Below, one piece after another: positions 53,801 to 64,000 of a stretch of 64,000 nucleotides of DNA (the first letter of the stretch is position 1; the number at the start of each line of letters is the position of its first letter). The position numbers were made by a program, and so were the translations under genes. The notes beneath the pieces were generated by a model, which saw only the letters and a list, made by a program, of their open reading frames with translations, was not told the origin of the DNA and made no database searches. Origin of the DNA: Lingula anatina (Eukaryota; Animalia; Brachiopoda); assembly GCA_051362555.1 (NCBI GenBank), contig CM120642.1, positions 11,718,001-11,782,000 on the forward strand, read 5' to 3'.

Positions 53801-53889
53801 CTGTTGACCTCGAGTCCACGATGGAGATGGACAGTATCATTGGACGCTCAGGCAAGATTCCGGACAAGGTGCCTTTTGGAACGCAATGA
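47845..53889 (+). CDS. M6: Proteolipid protein family member (neuronal membrane glycoprotein M6 / GPM6 / PLP-DM20 homolog), four TM helices
   Basis: Start micro-exon ATG-G (47845-47848) or ATG-GTC-G (47920-47926), then 48852-49008 (CLGRIPYASLIAT...GVGIFCGCLY), 49251-49410 (GFLATGNTRRNVY...CIMGGRVSAAM), 49688-49850, 50177-50256 and 50489-50554 (LFIVAFIGALLIVLSM). One of three last exons follows, each with the xxF(M/I)xxLxANY motif. IPYASLIAT, GF.ATG.TR and L.AN are PLP/M6 family signatures. Confidence 0.92.
51670..51777 (+). CDS. M6: M6 alternative terminal exon A
   Basis: aatttgtag|AQFMISLAANYNKIKMARELQDIREDLRLNDMTSE*; phase 0; AATAAA follows at about 51814. Confidence 0.85.
   Translation, partial: AQFMISLAANYNKIKMARELQDIREDLRLNDMTSE
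52505..52621 (+). CDS. M6: M6 alternative terminal exon B
   Basis: gtgtttcag|VQFISILSANYVRLRVSKELQEIRDDVEMTESFEPDKF*; phase 0. Confidence 0.85.
   Translation, partial: VQFISILSANYVRLRVSKELQEIRDDVEMTESFEPDKF
53725..53889 (+). CDS. M6: M6 alternative terminal exon C
   Basis: ttctgtaactttag|VHFMVSLTANYTKIKIAKELTDYRSAVDLESTMEMDSIIGRSGKIPDKVPFGTQ*; phase 0; a long AT-rich 3' region follows with AATAAA at about 54153, 55842 and 55927. Confidence 0.88.
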   Translation, partial: VHFMVSLTANYTKIKIAKELTDYRSAVDLESTMEMDSIIGRSGKIPDKVPFGTQ

Positions 53890-56533
53890 TGATAAAGGAT
53901 ATGAACACCATCAACTGTGACAGAATTCAGTCATTCCACAATGATCTCATTAACACCAAGGCAGGATTTTATATCAGTTTTTTTTCTTTCCCATATGTTT
54001 GTATTTTATCACTTGATGTAAACTTAAAGGGGCAATTTTGTCCTTACTATATGGCTTTTAAACCCCATCTCTTCCTCATGTTATCTTTTTAACTGAAAAG
54101 TCTGACATGATTATAAATTTTAGTATCTTCCATTGTGTAGGCCACTGATAAAAATAAACACAGATATCAAAAATAAATATTCTAACACCCAGTGTTGAAA
54201 ATAATCAAGAAAAGAAATTAGTGTGATATGAATTTATGAGAAAAAATAATGATATAAATCCCATGTAGCACAAAACTACAAAGTGCATTTCTAAATTTAT
54301 TTTTATTTAATTCTTGGCAAGTATCAACGATTTATGATTTTAGACAGAGAATGAATATAGAATGAACGTTGGTTCCACTTGATCTTCCCATTGAAAAGTG
54401 TATATTGAATAGACAGCAGATAAGACATTCCACTAAAGGATGCTGGTATTGAATATCAACCATGTGTTGAATAACATTGTTTCATAATTTTCATAGATGT
54501 GTTTTCTCTTTAAAAAATTCAAAATAATTTGGAGTACTTTTGGAATTTGCTCATGAGTTTGTTTAATGATTTTAACCTAGTTTGTGGTGTTTCTAGGTTT
54601 ATTTTTGGTGCTTTTCTATGAGCTTTATAGTTACAAACTGTGCAAGTTAAAAAGCCTAAAATTTCATTTATTTTCATTGCGTTCTGACAACTTGAGGCAT
54701 TTATTGTGTGTTTGAATGTGGCTGTGTTTATGTACATAGTACTATATGTCTTAGCCGAGTTGTTTTTAAACTATGGCACAGCCATATGCAATTTTAGAAC
54801 CATGTGTACATAATATCTTTTCTGCTTTTTTTAACCCAAATGTACAGAACTTAAATCTATTATGTTCAGTTTTTTTTTTATATACCCTAGGGACCAAGTT
54901 ATGTTAACGACATATTTTGATAACAAATGTTTTAACCTTTAACCTGTTTTAAACAGACAAAATGATATCCTTGAGTATCCCAGAATGTTGCGTCTACTGA
55001 TATATATCAGGTGAAGCACACATTGAATACTTTGTATATAAACATTAGGTTTACATTTTATGTAATGACTAAGCACCTACTACACTTTTTGTATTGATAA
55101 AGGGCTATCAGGTAATGTATATGTGTACACTTGATGTTAATTGCATTTGTGGTACATCTCAAATCTCTACTGATTATATAATTATGTATGTTTTTATTTG
55201 ACAATTATTTTGTATATTTCATGTAACATTTTTTGAAAAGTTCATTTTTGCTGGCTATTCTTAAATATAAATTACTGTGCATTATTTGGCAATTAACATT
55301 TAAGGTAAATTTCTTGAGTTGTGACATTATGTAGTTTTCATATATTAGTATCTTTTTTTTACATTGAATATATTTTAACTCTGAGGTTGCTGCAGTCTTG
55401 AAAAGTGGATAATGGAGAAATGCCTGTGGTCAACATTCCTTCATATGTTTTTCCTATGACATTTTAGGAGAACTTACTAAAATGCAGTTTTCATATGAAT
55501 ATTTTTCCATTAAAAAATAACATTAATTTTTTAAAAGCTAATTATTAAAATTATTTTAAAAAAATCCTAACATTGTAAAGGCATCTGAAAAAAGATTTGC
55601 TGTATTGAGAAAATTTTTTATATTGGTATGGTTGTGACCAAGTTAATGTGATTGGTTGTTCTTTTAGTTATTATGCAAGTTAAGTGTATGTTTAGAAATG
55701 CTTTTCTATGTTGTGACAATACGTACCTAGGAGTATTTTTTCCTTATTCTTATTTCATTTTATGTAAATTTGTATGTGAAATGTTGAAGTATTAGGAATT
55801 AGTATTGCAACTCTATAAATAGGACATTCCCGTGTTTTGTAAATAAATGTGCATTTTTACATGTAGTCTAAGGGTAATATAACCACCATGGATTACCAAG
55901 CAAATATAACATTACTTGCACATGCGAATAAAAAAAATGAACCATAAAGATTAGTTTTACATTGTGCTTTTAGTATTTTCTTTTATCCATAACATTTCTA
56001 TCATATTGTTTACACACATTTTTATTTGTGCACATATTTTGTCGTTATTTCATGTTTTTCCCCGAGTGGCTACAAAATTATCAGCAATAGTTCTAGCACT
56101 TCAACACCAAGTGGGGAAATCAACATTGCAGTAGTTGAGATGGGTTGAGACGAATGTTTTAAACAATTACTTTCAAGCCTTCTAAGTTAGAAGAGGTATA
56201 CCCATAAAGCTAGCATCAGATCTAGAGTGTGGCCTGTAAGTTGAAAAGTATTTGGCACAGACTGTATGCTGTTATATAAATAGTCTATTGATGAAATGTA
56301 ACGATAAACCAACAATCTTACTGTGCTGCATGTTTGTCATACCATCGTGACGCTGATACCAGTAACATCAGTAACTTACGAGCCTTAGTACGTGTAGTTC
56401 AAAACATTGTTCGTCCGTCAGTCTGCGGGCTCCAGTGTTTAAAATTGAACCTGGCTATTTTTATGAACAATATTACTTGGCGAATCGCCTCATAATCCAG
56501 CAAGCAATGACATGGTTTATCCATTTTTTCATG

Positions 56534-56542
56534 CGTGTGTGC

Positions 56543-56576
<34 letters not shown>

Positions 56577-56577
56577 A
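56534..56577. repeat. (GT)n microsatellite, interrupted
   Basis: Direct reading. Confidence 0.9.
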
Positions 56578-56794
56578 TGGTTTAGCTAAAACTGTGTATC
56601 TGTAATGAATGGGCGAAAAACTGCCAGAATATATTTCCATTAATTACTCTCTCTGTACAGAGTAGGTGATATGACCTAGTACTGGGTATCTGGCATGTGC
56701 ATTGACCAAGGTACTTCATATATCTCATTAATGCTGTATTTTTTTTCCAGTTCCTGGTGCGAAAAAGCAACATGCAAATGAAAAACAATTCAAA

Positions 56795-59788
56795 ATGATT
56801 TCTGGTCATGTTGTAACCATCAGCTTAGCAGCTGTGCTGGCTGCTTTCTGTTACCAACAGGGGTATATAGGTGAGAGAGAAAAATTTAGATTTGGACTGG
56901 TTGGAGTCTGATGCTTCTTATAAGTCACCTTTTATTTCGAATTAACAAATGGTTTAAATGTCTGAGACCGCATTCACATCGAGTTGAGCCATGGATCTAC
57001 AAAGTCACAAACTAAATATGGTGGACGTACATGAAAGGAAAACCGCCTAATCATTTAATAGTCTCTCTGCCTGTCACACGCCTCCCCACCCGTCGTCCTT
57101 GCAGGGGTACAGTCATTAAATCTCGGCTCCATTGGGATGACACAACTCGACACTATATTATATGGTAGCATAATACTATATTATATTATATGGTAGCATA
57201 ATAAGTCCTTAATTGGTCTAGCCAATGTTAGCTATTATTGTTTAATTTAAAAAAACATTGTCTATTGTAAAACTTTGAATAATTATCATCATGTTGATAG
57301 ATTTTTTTCTTGTTTTGATTTTAGCCCTTCTGTTACACTGGAGCTTGAACATTATGGCTGTACTCAGTGGAGGAGTGTTGGGTGTTGCCATGGTGATATG
57401 CAGAGGAAAAAGATACATTCCACCTGCCCCTAATAAAGAAACATCAAAAGTACATGAACTCCTTAAACAGATGATGGTAAGGCAGCATTATGATGTCATG
57501 GGCAGTGTTTGAATTAAATATGAAAATGGAAATACAGGTATTAATATTTAACTTAGAAACTCCAGCAAATGGCCAAAAGCTTGTGAGAAATAGTAACTGC
57601 CAGATACTGCAGTTTTGTTTGTGGGGAAGGGTTGGGGTTGCTAATAGTCCAATGTGCATCAACTGAGAATAATAAACTAGAATATTTATTGATAGACATC
57701 CTTATGAGAATTGGATTCTGATAGAAGTAACAAAGGTTCTTCTGTTCCAGTATTCCAGAGGTAGTCAGATGGAGACCAGGAAGAAGGTCATTATTTCCAG
57801 AAATCTTGATGTCTCCATAGACGACCTCCTGAAATTAGTCATTAGAGACTATGTGATGGATTGGTACAGTGAGCTGTCTAGAGACACCACCACATTCCCT
57901 TACATGCTCAGGTAATACATACAAGAATTGCTATACAAGCAATAGCAATGAGTGCAAGATAAGGCAATAAATAACTTCAGGAAGTTTGAAAGCAGAAAAA
58001 TATTTGCAAAATTGAGTGCAAAGCTGTGCAACTTCTGAAAAACAATTTATTATTAATTATATATATATCTGTTTTGATTGTCATCTTGTTTTGATGAAAT
58101 GTATTCTTTTATTTATATATTAAGTAAACGGTGCATTAAAATTTCTGTTATGTAGTATTCTTTTTTAGTATGGGGTGGGGTGGGGTTTGTGTTGTGTTTT
58201 TTCTCAAATTCGCGTTTTATGATGAATGACCATTCTCTCCCATCCTGTCTCAGACAAGACATGTGGAAAGTGATAGAAAACCTTTCCACCCGCCTCAGCA
58301 GGATTGACACATTAAAGCTGATGACACAAGACTTTGCTGATGCATTGCGAAAACATTTCCATGATGTTAAAGAGGTTTCTGTAAGGTAAGCACTTTAACT
58401 TTTATATACAAGTACTATGTACTACGTAAGTTTTTGTACATAAGTACATAAGTGTTTCATGCCAAAGTTGGTACATGTACATGTATGTCTGCCAAAATAG
58501 GTACATCTGGTAATTAACAAGAATGAAAAGCAGCAAATGTTGATAATGTTCAGCATATTTTAATTTTAAACCATTTAGATAATAACATTGAGATAATTTG
58601 GAAATGATCATAATGATATAGTAAAAAATGAAGGGGTGGCATGAGAGTAATTTTAATATTACATTGCTAAATTTCTGTTGTGTTTATAGCCAGTTGAACA
58701 CTGAAAATGTTGCCATCAAAATTGATTGGTTGCAGGGATCAAGACAGCCCAAACTCCGAGTTTATCCTTCACCCATGGCTTGCCAGTGAACACACAGAGA
58801 CAGAATTTCTCAGAAAGGTAGCAGACGTTCTTCTAATTTACCTCCTTCCTGATGAGTATGCTTCCTGCCTACCTGCACGCCATCTACTGAGAGAAATTGT
58901 TGCTTGTAAAGGTAATTTCATGGAATCGCAATAAAGTATTTTAAAAAATAGGTAAAATACATTGATAATATTTGGAGGTATGTTTTTTTTTTTTTTTCAT
59001 TTTTTTTTTTTTTTGGATTTATTAATGTTGTCAAGGAATCCTGCTGAATAATTTTCATAAACATTTGTCTACATTTATTTTTCACAAATTGCTGCCTTTT
59101 TTAATGGTGTTTTCCGACTCGCAGTTCTAAAACCTTCTATTTTTACATTTTTACATAAATATGACATCCAAGCATATGATTTCTTTAGTAAAATATTGAT
59201 GTGTTTCAGTGTTAAAGCCTTCTGTGGAATCTATCTGTGACCCAGATAATATCAACCAGACTCTGCTGAGCAACATAGAGTACAGAGAGACCCACAAGAA
59301 GACGTACACCTATGCTGCCTCCTATGAGCAGTTCATGAAGATGATACAGGAGTGTGAGGATGTGGAAATGCTCAAGCAGATGAGGTTAGAAACTTTGGTA
59401 GAGGAATTCTGAAGATTTCCATTTTTTATACCATCAATGATCATTAATTTCCATTTAATTCATGAAAAACTGATGTACGTTTTTAGAGTGGGTTGTCACC
59501 ATTATGGAACTGAAGATGTATTTAACTGTTTTTTAAGACAAAAGATGTAGTTTTTACAATTTTGCTAATAAATAATCAATTTGAAAAATTAAAATTTTGT
59601 TTTTCCACATTTTAGGTACAGCATTATGACTGAAATAATGCATGCCACTGTAATAAACAATTTAAAGAAAGCTCAAGGCTTAGATATTGGTAAGATGTAT
59701 TGCTCTTCAGTTTCTTGAAAAATAAAACAAGCACACAGGCGCACGTGTCTGTGCATGCACACACACCCACACATACACACACACCCAC

Positions 59789-59823
<35 letters not shown>

Positions 59824-62800
59824 CACACGCACACTTATCCAACATAATAACATGTTGAACATAGATGTAATGATTTTAAATAGAGAGAAGTTAACCAAAT
59901 ATTTTGACATTTCCTTTCTGGAAATTAATAGTTAATGTATTTTGCAGAGAAGGACACTGCACCAAAAGGCACAGGAAAGGGGGACCTGCTGAAAGCAAGG
60001 AATTTGAAGCGGTATATAAACCAGGTAATACAGTACTATTCTGACAAGAATTGAGAGAAATGTAGAGTATTTATTCAAACAGAAGGAAAATTATCTTGTC
60101 ACATTGATAAGACTAATTACATTTGATCTACTTGTAAATTAATCACTGTTGACTTTGACTTGTCACAGTGAATTCAAATACCAGTAGTGCCAAACAGAAA
60201 AATAATCTATTTCTTATTGTACTACCAGAATGAGTGCTGGAGGATCAATGGATTTACCTCAAAACCATTCTTTGACAGTGTTTTCTATTTTCTGTAGTTG
60301 AGAACTTCTAAGAACAAAGTGGAGAAAAGGATCCGTCATTGTGGAGGGGAAGGGTATGATGGCTATGGCTCAGATGAAGAAGATAGTCAGGTTCATGGAG
60401 GAGGCAAGGTAAAATACTACAGTGACAAGAGGCCCAGTTGGGTGCTTGGCTTTTAGGTCATTCCAGCACGTATGAAATCCTCTAACTAAGATTATTTATA
60501 AAGTTTAAAGATTTCATTGTTATGTTTATGTTATTGATTTGGATCAAAATGTTTATGGTAATAGTTAAGGAAAAATTACAAATATTTGAATATATGTGAT
60601 ATAATTAGTATTAATTACACATAAAAGTAAAAAGACAAAATATGTTTGGAATCAAGAACAAGTGAAGTGGCTTGAAATGGTAAGCTGTACCCAGTGAAAT
60701 TACACTATTTGGATCTGATTGTAACAAATAAATCAATTTTATTTTCTCAGGTGTTTTCATTCCATGTTGTGATGCATAATCCACAAGCTCAAGAATATTT
60801 CATGAAGTTTTTACGGAGAGATGATAACCATTCTCTTTTGGAGTGAGTAACATGTTGAGTGAATTTTAGGTGTTTTGAAAAGAGCTGCACAAGTGTCTTC
60901 TTATTATATGATTTGAAATTTAAATAATCTGAGGCTACATTTTCATTTGCTCTACCTTTTGTCAAGATGCTGTTAATTGTATTTGCCATGGCGTTATTGA
61001 TCTTTGATGAATTTATTATGGTCAGAGAAATTGTTAGCATGTCCCCTTGTGTTGTGATCATGTTTTTGTGAAGAAACAGTGATGTTACTTGTAGACGTGA
61101 ATTTTGCAGGTTTTGGAATGCCGTTGAAAAATTGAAGCATGCAGAAAAGGTAATTAGTTTAATGGATTGTAGTAGAAAGGGTTGAAATTTATAGGTGCAT
61201 TCATATAAGATTAATGTGTTATTAAGTGATGCTGCACTTTGAGACATTTTCCCTAAAATGTTATGGTAATTTGCCTCAAATTTCTATCACTCTGTGTATA
61301 AAACTTCTAACATTGTTACATATTAATAAGGAACTTTCTGACTTGAACCCAAATTACTTTTCAGAATTTTCCAAGTAATTTTTTTGTGAATTATGAACCA
61401 TTATTATATCTTTGGAACACATTAAGTAATTTTGTTCACATTTAATGAATTCTTACAGAGGTTTTTAACACTTTACAGAAATACCAGCACCAAATAGGCA
61501 CAGACATCTACCACATGTCCATCTCCAGGCCCAGCAGTCTGGTCACTAAGCTGCTGGACAGAGGAACCATCAAAAGGATTGAAGGATTTCTGCTTGGAAA
61601 CATGGTAATGATTCAGCTGTTATTGACCAAAAGGATTAGCTCTGCAGTGCTTTGATTTTTATGAAACTTGTTTAAACTTGTTCAAATGCTGATATAAGCT
61701 TTACTTTATTTGGCACCTGAACCTACTGACCCAAGGTGACAATTTTTTCAAGATGTTTACACTAAGTAAAGAACATGACTTATTTATTATCTTATTGATA
61801 CAGGTAATAACATATTAACATTTTAGGGTCCAGAAGCATTCTTCACTGCTCAAGTCCAGGTATGGAATGAACTGGACAGCAATTATTATCCTTCATACAT
61901 TGTGAGTGATGTCTATCACAAATATGTCAGTAAGCTGGAAGAGGAGGAGACTGAAGTGGATGTGTCATCACATGAAGCTTTACCAGGTAAGTCACCATAA
62001 GGTGGGTGTGGTATCACACTTGTTGCCCCTCCTATAATGTGAGTGGAGTATTTTTTATTAGGATAAGTTGTTTGAAGTGAAAGGAGGTGGGCAAAACTGG
62101 GTGTGTTGTTTCCCATAGTTGTACATGTAGAGGGTTTATTTGTATTATAATGTCTGAAGGTTTTGTGCTATAAGACTAAAAAGAAAAGGAAAAAATATAA
62201 AAAACTATGTGTAGCACACTTAATGACAGCTTTGTGCTAAAAATATATCAGAACGTTATTATATTTTTTTTTTGTTTCTAGATCATCTCATGTACAGTAT
62301 CCCAGGGTCTCCAGAAGAACAGAAGGAACCTACATTTGGTTCTCATGAACTGACTCAAGCACTGCACAAAAGACTGCAGATATTGGATGACAAGACCATG
62401 AATAAGGCACAGGCTCTGCAGGCTATGAAACACACACAGAAGAGTGATGATACAAAGGTGACTTTATATTTTATATTTAGTTACATACTTTGGTTTTCCT
62501 TATCATTTTTCTTTTTTGTTGTTGTAACAGCTGTTATTTTTCTGAAGTATAATCATGTTCAATTTACTTTATTTTGAATGTTATATAAAGTGATATATAC
62601 AGTGTATGTTTTGGATGTGCAGAGGGCCAAAGTAGTAGATGAGCTACAGCAGGAGCTTGATGAGCTGAAATCACAGCGCAGACAGCTGGAGTTTCATATT
62701 GAGAGGACAGAGCTATGGTGGGAAAATGTTGGACGTTGGAAAGCACACATATACAATGCAGAGGTTGGTTCAGTGGTGCAGTTTGTGAGATTGTGCTATA

Positions 62801-63892
62801 AAAGAGTCTTGACAGTAACATTGCAGTTACTCTCTATACTATAGATATCTCAAAAACTAATTTCCTTGGCAGATTTAAGGCTTAAACAAAATTCAGTGTC
62901 ATTTGTTAACATGAATTCAATTTTTTTTATCCACTTCAGTTAGCTTGGTGACATGTTCACAGTTAAGGCTCCTTCATTCACGCTAAGAAGGAAATGTTGT
63001 TTTGATTTTATAAAAAAAGGGTATGATAAATAGTCAGTACTAGGGTAGACCTGTAAGTATCAATTGAATGAATATGGAAGTGAAGGTTGAAGATTGAATT
63101 TTTTCAATTTTAGCTGTCAAGAGATGAAGACACTGACAAGATGTTGCCAAATTTTGCCATAGTTGTAGATCTCCAAGGTTTCCATACTAGAGGGCGTTCA
63201 ATGCAAGACAGCACCAGTGGATGGGTGGTATCAAGGACACTGGACGAATTCCACACACTTCATAACAAGCTAATTATGGTAAATAACAATACTCTGTGAA
63301 GTTGACTTTGAATTTTTTTATTCTGATGAAAGGATTAGAGGTGCTCATGTCCTTGCTCATATATATAATCCTTTACAGCCTTCTTCAAATATTATGATAA
63401 ACTTATTTGTTTGACAATAAAAATCATACATACAGTATATGTGCCATCATCTGATGGATAAAGATAGTTATATGTCAATGATTTTTGGTGTAGAAAGACA
63501 CGTTTCAGATTATCATACTATATGTACACTGAAATATGAAAAGAAAAACACACTAGGCTGGGGTAGTGCTAGCAATCTTTTTCACTTAGCCAAATTACCA
63601 CTTTTTTTGTCAATTTGTTATCCAAATGGTTATAATTTGACTAAAACAAGTCAAATCAAGCCCTTTTTGTTTAGCCATTTTAAGTTAGTTTTAGCATTTG
63701 GCTAAATTGGCGAGAGTTAGCGCTACCCCAGCTAGATAACATGATTAAGATATAGATGACACATCATTTCACTTTCAGATTGCAGCCTGGCTGACCAAAA
63801 AGCAGTTGCCAACCCTGAGTAAACTTCCCTTTAAATCTGTTAACAAGGCATTTCTGGAGAAAGCTAAGGGCACTCTAAGCACATATTTGACT
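56795..63892 (+). CDS. SNX25: Sorting nexin 25 (N-terminal TM, PXA, RGS and PX domains), 5' part; continues beyond the window
   Basis: Approximate exons 56795-56870, 57325-57476, 57751-57911, 58254-58385, 58736-58911, 59210-59384, 59616-59689, 59948-60024, 60298-60408, 60751-60843, 61110-61149, 61479-61604, 61827-61986, 62282-62457, 62623-62763, 63113-63278, 63779-63892. Two hydrophobic N-terminal segments, PXA (IRDYVMDWYSELS, LLREIVACKVLKP), TYTYAASYEQFMKMI, ARNLKRYINQL, RGS (EYFMKFL...FWNAVE), FHIERTELWWENVGRW and PX (WVVSRTLDEFHTLHNKL). The true start could lie in an upstream exon. Confidence 0.9.
56961..57140. mobile_element. Diverged, truncated copy of the 10591-10882 MITE, in opposite orientation, in an SNX25 intron
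   Basis: CTAAATATGGTGGACGTACATGAAAGGAAAACCGCCTAATC...CGTCGTCCTTGCAGGGGTACAGTCATTAAATCTCG aligns by eye to the reverse complement of about 10705-10882. Confidence 0.75.
59755..59834. repeat. (CA)n-rich microsatellite
   Basis: Direct reading. Confidence 0.9.
63554..63734. mobile_element. MITE-like element in an SNX25 intron
   Basis: Imperfect TIR GCTGGGGTAGTGCTA ... TAGCGCTACCCCAGC, with internal inverted TTAGCCAAAT / ATTTGGCTAA motifs. Confidence 0.7.
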
Positions 63893-64000
63893 GTGAGTCA
63901 TTAAATTGTTTAATTTCCCAGATTAACAGTTTGATTTAGATGGGATTTATTTGAAAAAAAAATATAATAAGAAGTTTTATAAAGAGATTTTAGCAATTCC

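Overview
AT-rich, intron-dense animal genomic DNA from an invertebrate bilaterian (probably a lophotrochozoan; the species cannot be determined from sequence alone). Five spliced protein-coding genes can be assembled by hand from GT-AG junctions with consistent phases. They are the 3' part of SDAD1 (+, 1-3386), a glycine-receptor-like Cys-loop chloride channel subunit (-, 12915-4110), Inturned/INTU (-, 25675-15695), a proteolipid M6/GPM6/PLP-family gene (+, about 47845-53889), and the 5' part of SNX25 (+, 56795 to the window end). The most notable observations are four. (1) The M6 gene ends in three tandemly duplicated, paralogous alternative last exons. (2) The about 20 kb gap between INTU and M6 holds several minus-strand exon-like units with compatible splice phases and only short ORFs, a candidate unannotated microprotein or lncRNA gene lying head-to-head with M6. 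(3) The GlyR-like gene is linked to M6, mirroring the vertebrate GLRA3-GPM6A, GLRA2-GPM6B and GLRA4-PLP1 pairs. (4) The channel has Val instead of the usual Thr at pore position 6'. Several MITEs, a LINE remnant and microsatellites are also present. No tRNA, rRNA, CRISPR array or recognisable miRNA was seen. All gene identities come from recalled motifs, not database searches.
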